64,000 bases of DNA from Gemmatimonadota bacterium (GTDB lineage: Bacteria; Gemmatimonadota; Gemmatimonadetes; Gemmatimonadales; GWC2-71-9): contig JADFNB010000013.1 in assembly GCA_022563595.1 (NCBI GenBank), forward strand, positions 9,695-73,694, written 5' to 3'. The stretch's first letter is position 1. Every line of letters begins with the position of its first letter. The notes under the pieces are model-generated. The model did no database searches, was not told where the DNA came from, and worked only from the letters and a program-made list of their open reading frames with translations. Position numbers and translations under genes: made by a program. Positions 47,247 through 54,512 of the stretch are shown in pieces.

Positions 47247-50246
47247 ATGACCGAGCCGCTGGAACGCCTCACCTCGGCCCTCGCCGATCGCTACCGCATT
47301 GACCGTGAACTCGGCCGCGGCGGGATGGCCACCGTCTACCTCGCCGAGGATCTCAAGCACGAGCGGAAGGTCGCCGTCAAAGTCCTGCGACCGGAGCTCG
47401 CCGCCGCACTCGGCGCCGAACGCTTCCTGCGCGAGATCAAGATCACGGCGCGCCTTACCCACCCGCACATCTTGCCGCTGCTCGACTCCGGTGAAGCGAA
47501 TGGCTTCTTGTACTACGTCATGCCGTACGTAGCGGGCGAGTCGCTGCGTGAGCGATTGGATCGTGAAAAGCAGCTCGCACTGGACGACGCCGTGCAGATT
47601 GCGCGGGAGGTGGCCGATGCCCTGAGCTCCGCGCACAGCCATGACGTGGTCCATCGCGACATCAAACCGGAAAACATTCTGCTGGAAGAGGGACATGCGG
47701 TCGTCGCCGACTTCGGAATAGCACGAGCGATCAGCACCGCCGCTGGCACGAGACTCACCGAGACAGGCTTAAGCATCGGCACCCCGTTGTACATGAGCCC
47801 CGAGCAAGCGGCAGGCGCCGCAGAGATCAACGGGCGGAGCGATCTCTACAGTCTAGGGTGCGTGCTGTATGAGATGCTGGCGGGACATCCGCCGTTCACC
47901 GGCGCCACCGCGCAGGAGATCCTCATACGGGTGGCGATGGATCCTGTTCCCTCGCTCCGCGCCGCCCGCCCGAGCATTCCCGAACGAGTTGAGGGCGCGC
48001 TGTACCGAGTGCTGGAGAAGGTACCGGCCGACCGGTACGCCACGGCAACGCAATTTGCTGACGCGCTGGTCGGCGCCGAAGCGGAGCAACGAGGCGTCGC
48101 CCTCCCGCTCGCGGCGCCGCGTACCTGGACCCGGTCACATCGGCGCATGGCAGTCGTCGCCTCCGGCACCGTGGTGCTCGCCCTCGGTCTCGGCTACGTC
48201 TTGACCCGAGGCCTGCGGGCGACCGGCGCGGTGGTCGGCTCGGCCTCCACGATCGCCGTCATGCCCTTCGTCCCGGTCACGGATGACACGGCGCTGCAAC
48301 GCCTCGGCCGTGAGCTCGTCGTGACCCTCAGCGCGAACCTCGACGGCGTCGGCGGGATCCGCACCTCGGACCCGCTCACCGTGCTGGCGCTGGTGGGGGA
48401 GGACGAGACCGTGACGCCCGAGCGCGGCGCCGAGCTCGCCCGCCGCCTGGGCGCGCGCAGCGTGCTCTACGGGACCCTGCTCAGGACGGGACAGGAGGTG
48501 CGCCTGGACATCGGCCTACTCGACGCGGAGGATCTGGAGCCGCTGGCCCGTTCCACGGTTTCCAGCCCGTTGGGGGAGATCGCCGCCCTCACCGACTTCG
48601 CCACCTTCGCCGTCATCAAGCAGGTGTGGCGTCGCGGGAACGTGCCCGCGCCCAGTCTGGCCTCCATCACGACCCGCTCCGTCGCGGCACTCCGCGCGTA
48701 CTTGGAGGGTGAGCGGGCGCTGGCCCAGGCGGAGTTCGGCGATGCAGTCCGCGCCTTCGAACAGGCCTTCGCCGCCGACTCCACCTTCTGGTTCGCCTTC
48801 TGGCGCTCCGTCTACCCACGCGTCTACGAGGGCACACGACCCGACAGCGCTACCATCGCGTCGCTGATTGAGCACCGAGAGGAGCTTCCCGAGGCCGACA
48901 GGCTGCTCATCGAGAGCAGGTTCCTTGCGGAGAAGATGAGCGAGAAGCTGGTCCTTCTGCGGCAGGTCAGGGGGCGGTTCCCGACTTACTGGCCCGGTTG
49001 GTACGACTACGCCAACCTGCTTGTCCACCGGACGCCCTACATGGGTACGACGTACGACGACGCCCGCGCGGCTCTCGAGCGGACGGTGGAGCTGAACCCC
49101 GGGTTCGCGCCCGCCTGGGAACACCTTTTCTGGATCGCCGCTCATCAGCGGGACACGGCAGGCGCGGACCGGGCGCTCCGAGAGGTGGAGCGCATCTCCT
49201 CGACCACTAGCTTCCGACTGAATCCCGATCTCCTCGGACACTACCGTGTCGTGTACGCCTTGGTCGCCTCCGGCGGGGACTTCACCCCCGACCGGCTCGA
49301 GCGGGAGGCGGAATTCATCAACGGCTATCGAGGCCGGACGCCGGCGATCTACTTCGGGATCAGGCTCCTGCTGTACGGTTTCCCGCGCGCCCAGGTGAAG
49401 CTCGCCAACGCGGTTCTCGCGCGCGGCCCGCGCGGCGAGCTTGCAGCCGCCATGTGGATGGGAAAGGGATTCGCCCATGCCGCACGAGGCGGCTGGGACT
49501 CCGCCCTGGTGGCTATGGACCGGTGGGTTCGCCTCACCGACGATTCCACGGCCCCGCTCGTGGCGTACGGCTTGGCGGTGACGGGCGCCCGGCTCGGGTC
49601 GGTGGGCCCCGAGGCGGCAGCGGCCATCCGGCCCCGCGTCACACGCTACCGCGCCGCGCCCTCGGCCGAGCAGCTAGCCGAGCTGGCCTGGCTGGACGGG
49701 ATCCTGGCCCACGCGCGGGGGGACGCACAGGACTTGACCCGGGCGCGCCGTGGGGTCCGGGCGAGCGGCTCAGCGTACGCCGACCTGCTCGACCGCTCGC
49801 TTGAGGCGTTCCAGTCGGACCTCGCCGGCGATCGCGCGCGCGCGGCGCGGGCACTCGCCGAGCTGGAGTGGCAGAGCGCGGAGCGAGGTCTGCACGATCG
49901 CTACGGCCAGCACCATCCGTTCTTCAACGTGGTGAACCGGCTGTCGGCGACTCCCTGGCTGTTAGCCGCCGGCGACACGGCGCAGGCGGCGCGGCTCCTC
50001 ACCTGGCACGAAGCGGTGTTCTCGGGCGTCCACCGGTTCCTAGGGCCAGCGAACCGCACGGTCGGCGCTGTGGCGCTCTTCGAGCGGGCCCGGATCGAGG
50101 CGGCACTGGGGCGGACGTCAGCAGCCACGCCGCACTTTCGGGAGTTCCTGCAGCGCTACGACATGCCTCGGGGGGAGTGGGTCGGCCGGATAGAGGAGAC
50201 GATCGGGACGCTACTGCGGCTGTCAAAGTCCGCACTGTCCCACTGA
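47247..50246 (+). CDS. Ser/Thr protein kinase with a TM segment, a TolB-N/CsgG-like periplasmic module and TPR repeats
   Basis: The kinase motifs are GRGGMATVY, VAVK, HRDIKPEN, DFGIA and SPEQ. A TM segment (VVASGTVVLALGLGYVL) follows, then IAVMPFVPVTDD..LGRELVVTLSANL, then a long helical-repeat region. Confidence 0.9.
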   Translation: MTEPLERLTSALADRYRIDRELGRGGMATVYLAEDLKHERKVAVKVLRPELAAALGAERFLREIKITARLTHPHILPLLDSGEANGFLYYVMPYVAGESLRERLDREKQLALDDAVQIAREVADALSSAHSHDVVHRDIKPENILLEEGHAVVADFGIARAISTAAGTRLTETGLSIGTPLYMSPEQAAGAAEINGRSDLYSLGCVLYEMLAGHPPFTGATAQEILIRVAMDPVPSLRAARPSIPERVEGALYRVLEKVPADRYATATQFADALVGAEAEQRGVALPLAAPRTWTRSHRRMAVVASGTVVLALGLGYVLTRGLRATGAVVGSASTIAVMPFVPVTDDTALQRLGRELVVTLSANLDGVGGIRTSDPLTVLALVGEDETVTPERGAELARRLGARSVLYGTLLRTGQEVRLDIGLLDAEDLEPLARSTVSSPLGEIAALTDFATFAVIKQVWRRGNVPAPSLASITTRSVAALRAYLEGERALAQAEFGDAVRAFEQAFAADSTFWFAFWRSVYPRVYEGTRPDSATIASLIEHREELPEADRLLIESRFLAEKMSEKLVLLRQVRGRFPTYWPGWYDYANLLVHRTPYMGTTYDDARAALERTVELNPGFAPAWEHLFWIAAHQRDTAGADRALREVERISSTTSFRLNPDLLGHYRVVYALVASGGDFTPDRLEREAEFINGYRGRTPAIYFGIRLLLYGFPRAQVKLANAVLARGPRGELAAAMWMGKGFAHAARGGWDSALVAMDRWVRLTDDSTAPLVAYGLAVTGARLGSVGPEAAAAIRPRVTRYRAAPSAEQLAELAWLDGILAHARGDAQDLTRARRGVRASGSAYADLLDRSLEAFQSDLAGDRARAARALAELEWQSAERGLHDRYGQHHPFFNVVNRLSATPWLLAAGDTAQAARLLTWHEAVFSGVHRFLGPANRTVGAVALFERARIEAALGRTSAATPHFREFLQRYDMPRGEWVGRIEETIGTLLRLSKSALSH

Positions 50247-50374
50247 CCGTGGGGTCGCCGCGGCGCGGGCCTGCCTTGCGCGCGCCACCATGTTAGGCCG
50301 CCGGCTAGTCTGAAGACTCCTATTTTGCGACAGCCTGCACGACAGTCTGTCGGCGGTGTTTGGAAAGGCGAAAG

Positions 50375-50400
50375 CCCCGCAGCCGCGTAACTCTGCGGGA
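50375..50400. terminator. hairpin between the kinase 3' end and the tRNA array 3' end
   Basis: The arms are CCCCGCAG and CTGCGGG(A) with a 10-nt loop. On the minus strand the hairpin is followed by GCTTTCGCCTTTCC. Confidence 0.5.
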
Positions 50401-50416
50401 CTTTCAGTTACGTCGA

Positions 50417-50490
<74 letters not shown>

Positions 50491-50569
50491 AGTACTGACA
50501 GACGCCTAGACGCTGCAGGCGCGTAGAATCGATTCTCGGCGTCTTGTGCGTCTATTGCGTCTAGCTGTA
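50491..50569. repeat. tRNA spacer carrying AGACGCCTAGACGC and three GCGTCT hexamers
   Basis: The sequence reads cagacgcctagacgc...ggcgtcttgtgcgtctattgcgtctag. The same modules occur in the 153-bp units. Confidence 0.7.
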
Positions 50570-50643
50570 TCGGGGCGGCCGGATTTGAACCGGCGACCTC
50601 CTGCTCCCGAAGCAGGCGCGCTACCGAGCTGCGCTACGCCCCG
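50570..50643 (-). tRNA. tRNA-Pro (anticodon CGG)
   Basis: The hand-folded cloverleaf is CGGGGCG/TA/GCGC..GCGC/G/CCTGC-TTCGGGA-GCAGG/AGGTC/GCCGG-TTCAAAT-CCGGC/CGCCCCG/A, 74 nt. Confidence 0.9.
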
Positions 50644-51003
50644 TTTCCTGGTGGGTAGTGAGGGGGTGGCAAGACGGGTAGTGGGTCGGAAAGACGCCTA
50701 GATGCCTAGACGCGGAGCGGTGGGTAGTGGGTAGGGGGCCGGTAACCTCATCGGAGGACCTTCGACCCCCTCGCTACTCCCCACCGCTAGGCGTCTGTTG
50801 CGTCTATGCGTCTCCCCTATGCGTCTTGCCCCTTCCTACTACCACCGACCCAAGACGCCTAGACGCGCAGCGGTGGGTAGTGGGTAGGAGGCCGGTAACC
50901 TCATCGGAGGACCTTCGACCCCCTCGCTGCTCCCCACCGCTAGGCGTCTGTCGCGTCTATGCGTCTCCCCTGTGCGTCTTGCCCCTTCCTACTACCACCG
51001 ACC
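50644..51003. repeat. 153-bp palindromic element in two tandem copies (about 50698-50850 and 50851-51003) plus an inverted partial copy at the left edge (50650-50676)
   Basis: The two units are offset by exactly 153 bp and I counted only about 5 mismatches. Each unit contains the inverted repeat AGACGCCTAG..CGGTGGG / CCCACCGCTAGGCGTCT and four GCGTCT hexamers. The left edge ggtgggtagtgagggggtggcaagacg is the approximate reverse complement of the unit end cgtcttgccccttcctactaccacc. Confidence 0.9.
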
Positions 51004-51008
51004 AACAA

Positions 51009-51082
51009 TGCGCCCAGGAGGACTCGAACCCCCAGCCTCTTGGTCCGTAGCCAAACGCTCTATCCAGTTGAGCTATGGGCGC
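51009..51082 (-). tRNA. tRNA-Arg (anticodon ACG)
   Basis: The hand-folded cloverleaf is GCGCCCA/TA/GCTC..GAGC/G/TTTGG-CTACGGA-CCAAG/AGGCT/GGGGG-TTCGAGT-CCTCC/TGGGCGC/A, 74 nt. Confidence 0.9.
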
Positions 51083-51085
51083 GAG

Positions 51086-51159
51086 TGGGCGGTACTAGAC
51101 TCGAACTAGTGACCTCCACGATGTCAACGTGGCGCTCTAACCAACTGAGCTAACCGCCC
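51086..51159 (-). tRNA. tRNA-Val (anticodon GAC)
   Basis: The hand-folded cloverleaf is GGGCGGT/TA/GCTC..GAGC/G/CCACG-TTGACAT-CGTGG/AGGTC/ACTAG-TTCGAGT-CTAGT/ACCGCCC/A, 74 nt. It lies only 3 nt from tRNA-Arg(ACG). Confidence 0.9.
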
Positions 51160-51190
51160 GGGTGCGCAGCTGGAAGGTTGGTTGGCGCGG

Positions 51191-51331
51191 AGCGGGTCGG
51201 AAGGACGCCCAGACGCTCAGACGCCTAGTGGTGCGCAGCATGGAGTGGGTAGGTGTCAGTCGTCTGCGCCGCTGCGCCTCTATCCCCTCGAGCCTACCCA
51301 CCGCTAGGCGTCCAGGCGTCTACCGCCTCCC
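51191..51331. repeat. diverged third copy of the tRNA-spacer element
   Basis: gggtcggaaggacgcccagacgctcagacgcctag and cctacccaccgctaggcgtccaggcgtctaccgcctcccc parallel the two ends of the 153-bp unit. Confidence 0.6.
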
Positions 51332-51370
51332 CGAGCCACTATCCTCCTGCCAGCTTCACCCTACGAGCAG

Positions 51371-51444
51371 TAGCGGGGGTGGGATTTGAACCCACGACCT
51401 CCGGGTTATGAGCCCGGCGAGCTACCAGACTGCTCCACCCCGCG
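51371..51444 (-). tRNA. initiator tRNA-fMet (anticodon CAT)
   Basis: The sequence CGCGGGGTGGAGCAGTCTGGTAGCTCGCCGGGCTCATAACCCGGAGGTCGTGGGTTCAAATCCCACCCCCGCTA has a 1:72 mismatch and three G-C pairs closing the anticodon stem, which are initiator hallmarks. Confidence 0.9.
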
Positions 51445-51453
51445 CCGTTACAG

Positions 51454-51510
51454 ATGGAACGTTGGAATGGTGGACCGTTCCATCCTTCGCTCTTTTCCCC
51501 CGTTCCATCC
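51454..51510. repeat. copy of the GGAAC..GTTCCATCCTTCG hairpin element
   Basis: atggaacgttggaatggtggaccgttccatccttcgc shares gtggac(c)gttccatccttcg with 59019-59037. Confidence 0.6.
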
Positions 51511-51516
51511 TCCGAG

Positions 51517-51589
51517 AGCGGGAAACGGGACTCGAACCCGCGACCCCAACCTTGGCAAGGTTGTGCTCTACCAGCTGAGCTATTCCCGC
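51517..51589 (-). tRNA. tRNA-Gly (anticodon GCC)
   Basis: The hand-folded cloverleaf is GCGGGAA/TA/GCTC..GAGC/A/CAACC-TTGCCAA-GGTTG/GGGTC/GCGGG-TTCGAGT-CCCGT/TTCCCGC/T, 73 nt. Confidence 0.9.
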
Positions 51590-51698
51590 AGGCACCGCCG
51601 TGGGCGCATCGAAAGCTACTTCCGACCCGCTCCCGCCCGCTAGCCGCATAGGCCGGCCGACGCCGCGTTCCGCTGAGGGGGAGAGGAGGGGAGGTCAG

Positions 51699-51771
51699 TG
51701 GAGGCGAGGGGAATCGAACCCCTGACCTCGTGAATGCCATTCACGCGCTCTCCCAACTGAGCTACGCCCCC
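51699..51771 (-). tRNA. tRNA-Ala (anticodon GGC)
   Basis: The hand-folded cloverleaf is GGGGGCG/TA/GCTC..GAGC/G/CGTGA-ATGGCAT-TCACG/AGGTC/AGGGG-TTCGATT-CCCCT/CGCCTCC/A. The G3:U70 identity pair is present. 73 nt. Confidence 0.9.
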
Positions 51772-51926
51772 ATTATATTAAGGGCCCCGGTGGAGATTCT
51801 CGCCGGGAACACGGCAAGCTACCCGGGCGTTCCGAGGGTGTCAACCGGGTGGGCGGCCCTGCCGCAACCTGCGGCAACCAGAGGGGTATAAAGTCCCCGT
51901 CTACCGCTAGACTGCGCAGCCGCTCC

Positions 51927-51955
51927 TTGAGGACCGGCGCGCCAAGTGATATATG
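51927..51955 (+). promoter_or_regulatory. putative promoter TTGAGG-17-TATATG with a TG extended -10
   Basis: TTGAGG lies at 51927-51932 and tgaTATATG at 51947-51955. The -10 element lies inside the first copy of the 20-bp tandem repeat. Confidence 0.45.
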
Positions 51956-51981
51956 GGAGTACCAAGTGATATATGGGAGTA
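51942..51981. repeat. perfect 20-bp tandem duplication (ccaagtgatatatgggagta x2) ending 2 nt before the sigma-factor start codon
   Basis: Read directly from the sequence: 51942-51961 is identical to 51962-51981. Each copy contains TGATATAT and GGGAG. Confidence 0.95.
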
Positions 51982-51983
51982 CA

Positions 51984-52877
51984 ATGGCCAAGCCACAGAA
52001 CGTGAAAAAGCGCCGCCGCCGCACGGCGGCGACCATCGCCGTCAACGAGGACGACCGGGATCTCCTCGATCAATACCTCTTCGAGGTCAGCAAGACCCCT
52101 CTGCTGACGCGGCCGGAGGAGATCGCGCTGGCCCAGAAGGTCCGCGCGGGCGACCAGGAGGCGATGCAGGAGCTGGCCAAGCGCAACCTGCGGTTCGTCA
52201 TCTCCGTTGCCAAGAAGTACCAGAACCGGGGGCTGCCGCTCACCGACCTGATCGGCGAGGGTAACGTCGGCCTGCTGACGGCCGCGCGGAAGTTCGATCC
52301 TGACCAAGGGGTCAAGTTCATTTCCTACGCGGTCTGGTGGATTCGACAGGCCATCCTGGCGTCGCTTGCGCGGCATGGGCGGACGGTGCGGGTCCCGCTG
52401 AACCGGACGGCCGATCTTTCCAAGATCGTGCGTACGGCGGAGGCGCTGCGGCAGGAGCTGAAGCGCGAGCCCACGCCCGAGGAGATCTCTCAGGCCACCA
52501 CCCTGTCGCTCGATGTGGTCCAGTCGCTCGCCGCGCTGAATACTGGCGAGGTGCGGCTCGACGCGCCGCTCGATCCGGACGGCGACCGCTCGCTCATCGA
52601 GCGCTTCATCGCCGAGGATCTGCCCGACACCGAAGAGAAGACGATGGAGCGGTTCCTGAGCGATGAGATCGAGTCGGCGCTCGAGTCGCTGGCGCCCCGT
52701 GACGCGAGGGTGCTCAAGCTGTACTTCGGGCTCGACGGCGGCCGGGAGCATACGCTCGAGGAGATCGGCGGTATGCTCGGCGTGACTCGTGAACGTGTCC
52801 GCCAGCTGCGCGACCGCGCTCTCAAGCGCCTGCGGGAAGGAGCTGTCGGCCGGGGGCTGGCGAGTTTTGCGGCGTAG
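51984..52877 (+). CDS. rpoD: sigma-70 family RNA polymerase sigma factor, short Bacteroidota-type RpoD-like (297 aa, regions 1.2-4, no region 1.1)
   Basis: The motifs are LAKRNLRFVISVAKKYQNRGL, DLIGEGNVGLLTAARKFD, FISYAVWWIRQAI, and region 4 LEEIGGMLGVTRERVRQLRDRALKRLR. I prefer the ATG at 51984, which follows GGGAG. Confidence 0.9.
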   Translation: MAKPQNVKKRRRRTAATIAVNEDDRDLLDQYLFEVSKTPLLTRPEEIALAQKVRAGDQEAMQELAKRNLRFVISVAKKYQNRGLPLTDLIGEGNVGLLTAARKFDPDQGVKFISYAVWWIRQAILASLARHGRTVRVPLNRTADLSKIVRTAEALRQELKREPTPEEISQATTLSLDVVQSLAALNTGEVRLDAPLDPDGDRSLIERFIAEDLPDTEEKTMERFLSDEIESALESLAPRDARVLKLYFGLDGGREHTLEEIGGMLGVTRERVRQLRDRALKRLREGAVGRGLASFAA

Positions 52878-52902
52878 CCTCCCGCGTTAGGGATGCTATA
52901 CG

Positions 52903-52930
52903 GTGAGGGCGCATGGATATGCGCCCTCAC
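52903..52930 (+). terminator. perfect 12-bp stem hairpin after the sigma-factor gene
   Basis: The arms are GTGAGGGCGCAT and ATGCGCCCTCAC with a GGAT loop. No T-tract follows. Confidence 0.45.
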
Positions 52931-52986
52931 TGCGTGTCCGCCGCCCAATCTGGTTTCGAGTCCGTCTGGCCGATACCTTGCCTCAC

Positions 52987-53748
52987 GTGCCTCGCTCCCT
53001 GACCACGCGTGTGTCCGGCTGGTACGCCGGATTCGGACGCCTCGGCCACTTTCTCGCCGACATGGCGCGCGGCCTGCGGGACGTACACACCTGGCCCGCG
53101 CAGACCGTCGCCCAGCTCCTGCGGATCGGCGTGAACTCGGTGCCGATCGCCCTATTCGTCGCCGCTTTCACCGGTGTCGTGCTGGCGCTGCAGGCCTCCT
53201 ACACGTTCACCGGTGCCGTACCGCTCTACTTCGTAGGCACATTGGTCGGCAAGACGATCATGCTGGAGCTGGGTCCGGTTCTCACCGGCCTCGTGCTGGC
53301 GGGGCGTGTAGGCGCCAACACCGCCGCCGAGCTGGGGACCATGCGGGTCACCGAGCAGGTCGATGCGCTCGAGACTCTGGCCTACGATCCGTTCGCGTAT
53401 CTGGTCATCCCGCGCGTGGTGGCGTCCACGGTCATGTTCCCGGTGGTCGTGGCGCTCGCCATGGCCATGGGTGTGCTGACCGGCCTGGTTACCGCCGTCA
53501 ATCTACTCGACCTCTCGACAGTCGAGTTCGTGCGCGGTCTCAAGCTCTTCTATCAGTTCAAGGACATCTGGTTCGGGCTGGTTAAGAGCATGTCGTTCGG
53601 CTTCGCGATCGGGGTCGTCGGCTGCATGAAGGGGCTGGCGGTACGCCGCGGGGCCCAAGAGGTCGGCCGTGCCACCACGGACGCCGTGGTCCTCGGCGCA
53701 AAGCTGATCCTGGTGTTGGACGCCGTCTGGGCGGTCCTCCTCCTATGA
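52987..53748 (+). CDS. mlaE: MlaE family lipid ABC transporter permease
   Basis: The sequence reads GRLGHF..LLRIGVNSVPIALFVAAFTGVVLALQ, LGPVLTGLVLAGRVGANTAAELGTMRVTEQVDAL. The ORF-track start at 52903 lies inside the hairpin, so I prefer the in-frame GTG at 52987. Confidence 0.85.
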   Translation: MPRSLTTRVSGWYAGFGRLGHFLADMARGLRDVHTWPAQTVAQLLRIGVNSVPIALFVAAFTGVVLALQASYTFTGAVPLYFVGTLVGKTIMLELGPVLTGLVLAGRVGANTAAELGTMRVTEQVDALETLAYDPFAYLVIPRVVASTVMFPVVVALAMAMGVLTGLVTAVNLLDLSTVEFVRGLKLFYQFKDIWFGLVKSMSFGFAIGVVGCMKGLAVRRGAQEVGRATTDAVVLGAKLILVLDAVWAVLLL

Positions 53749-54512
53749 TCGCCTTCCGAGAGGTGTACAAGGCGTTCGGGCCAAACCGGGTGCTCGAGGG
53801 ACTGTCGCTGGAAGTACCGGACGGGCAGACGACGGTGATCCTCGGTTACTCTGGGAGCGGGAAGAGCGTTGCCCTCAAGCACATCGTCGGACTGCTTGAG
53901 CCTGACCGCGGCGCCGTGGAAGTCGACGGAGCGGCCGTGCACGAGCTGGATCGCGACGGCCTTGCGGCGTTGCGCTCGCGCGTTGGGTACGTGTTCCAGT
54001 TCGCCGCACTGTTCGATTCGATGACCGTGGCCGGGAATCTGGCGCTCGGGCTGCGTCGGCAGCGGCTGGCCGACCGGGAGATCGGCGAGCGGACCGATGA
54101 GGCGCTCTCGCTCGTGGGTCTCGAAGGCACGCAGGACCTGTATCCCGCGGAGCTTTCAGGCGGCATGCGGAAGCGGGTAGGAATTGCTCGCGCAATCGCG
54201 CTCAGGCCGCGGTACATTCTCTATGATGAGCCAACGACGGGACTCGATCCCGTGACTGCTTCCGTTATGAATCAACTGATGGTACGAACGCGCGAGACAC
54301 TCGGTGTGACCAGCGTTGTGGTGACACACGATCTGAAGAGCGCCTACACCGTCGGTGACCGCATCGCCTTGCTCTACCGTGGCGTCATTCGCCAGGTCGG
54401 GACCGTGGAGCAGATCCAGCGGTCCCACGATCCCATCGTGCGTCAGTTCATCGAGGGCCGACCGGAGGCCGCCGCCGACGCGGAGCAGGCGGCCGCGGAG
54501 ACCGCCCCGTGA
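53745..54512 (+). CDS. mlaF: MlaF-like ABC transporter ATP-binding protein
   Basis: Walker A is GYSGSGKS, the signature is LSGGMRKR and Walker B is ILYDEPTTGLD. The gene overlaps mlaE by 4 nt. Confidence 0.9.
   Translation: MIAFREVYKAFGPNRVLEGLSLEVPDGQTTVILGYSGSGKSVALKHIVGLLEPDRGAVEVDGAAVHELDRDGLAALRSRVGYVFQFAALFDSMTVAGNLALGLRRQRLADREIGERTDEALSLVGLEGTQDLYPAELSGGMRKRVGIARAIALRPRYILYDEPTTGLDPVTASVMNQLMVRTRETLGVTSVVVTHDLKSAYTVGDRIALLYRGVIRQVGTVEQIQRSHDPIVRQFIEGRPEAAADAEQAAAETAP

Noticed and set aside
45549-47696. A 715-aa ORF on the minus strand spans the acyltransferase and the kinase start.
   Set aside because: It is antisense to two well-supported genes and its composition is low-complexity and Arg/Pro/Gly-rich with no recognisable domain. 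This is a typical shadow ORF of a ~70% GC genome.
50644-51003. I considered whether the tandem repeats could be a CRISPR array.
   Set aside because: There are only two copies, each 153 bp, directly abutting with no unique spacers, and no cas genes are in the window.
50727-51050. A 107-aa ORF has an internally repeated peptide (GRGPVTSSEDLRPPRYSPPLGVC... occurring twice).
   Set aside because: The peptide repeat is simply the translation of the 153-bp tandem DNA repeat between tRNA genes. There is no ribosome-binding site, and the ORF runs into tRNA-Arg(ACG).
51772-51780. TAATATAAT on the minus strand lies directly upstream of tRNA-Ala and could be the -10 element of the tRNA operon promoter.
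   Set aside because: The hexamer abuts the mature tRNA 5' end, so a start 6-8 nt downstream would fall inside the tRNA. No suitably spaced -35 element is present. The real promoter is probably further upstream.
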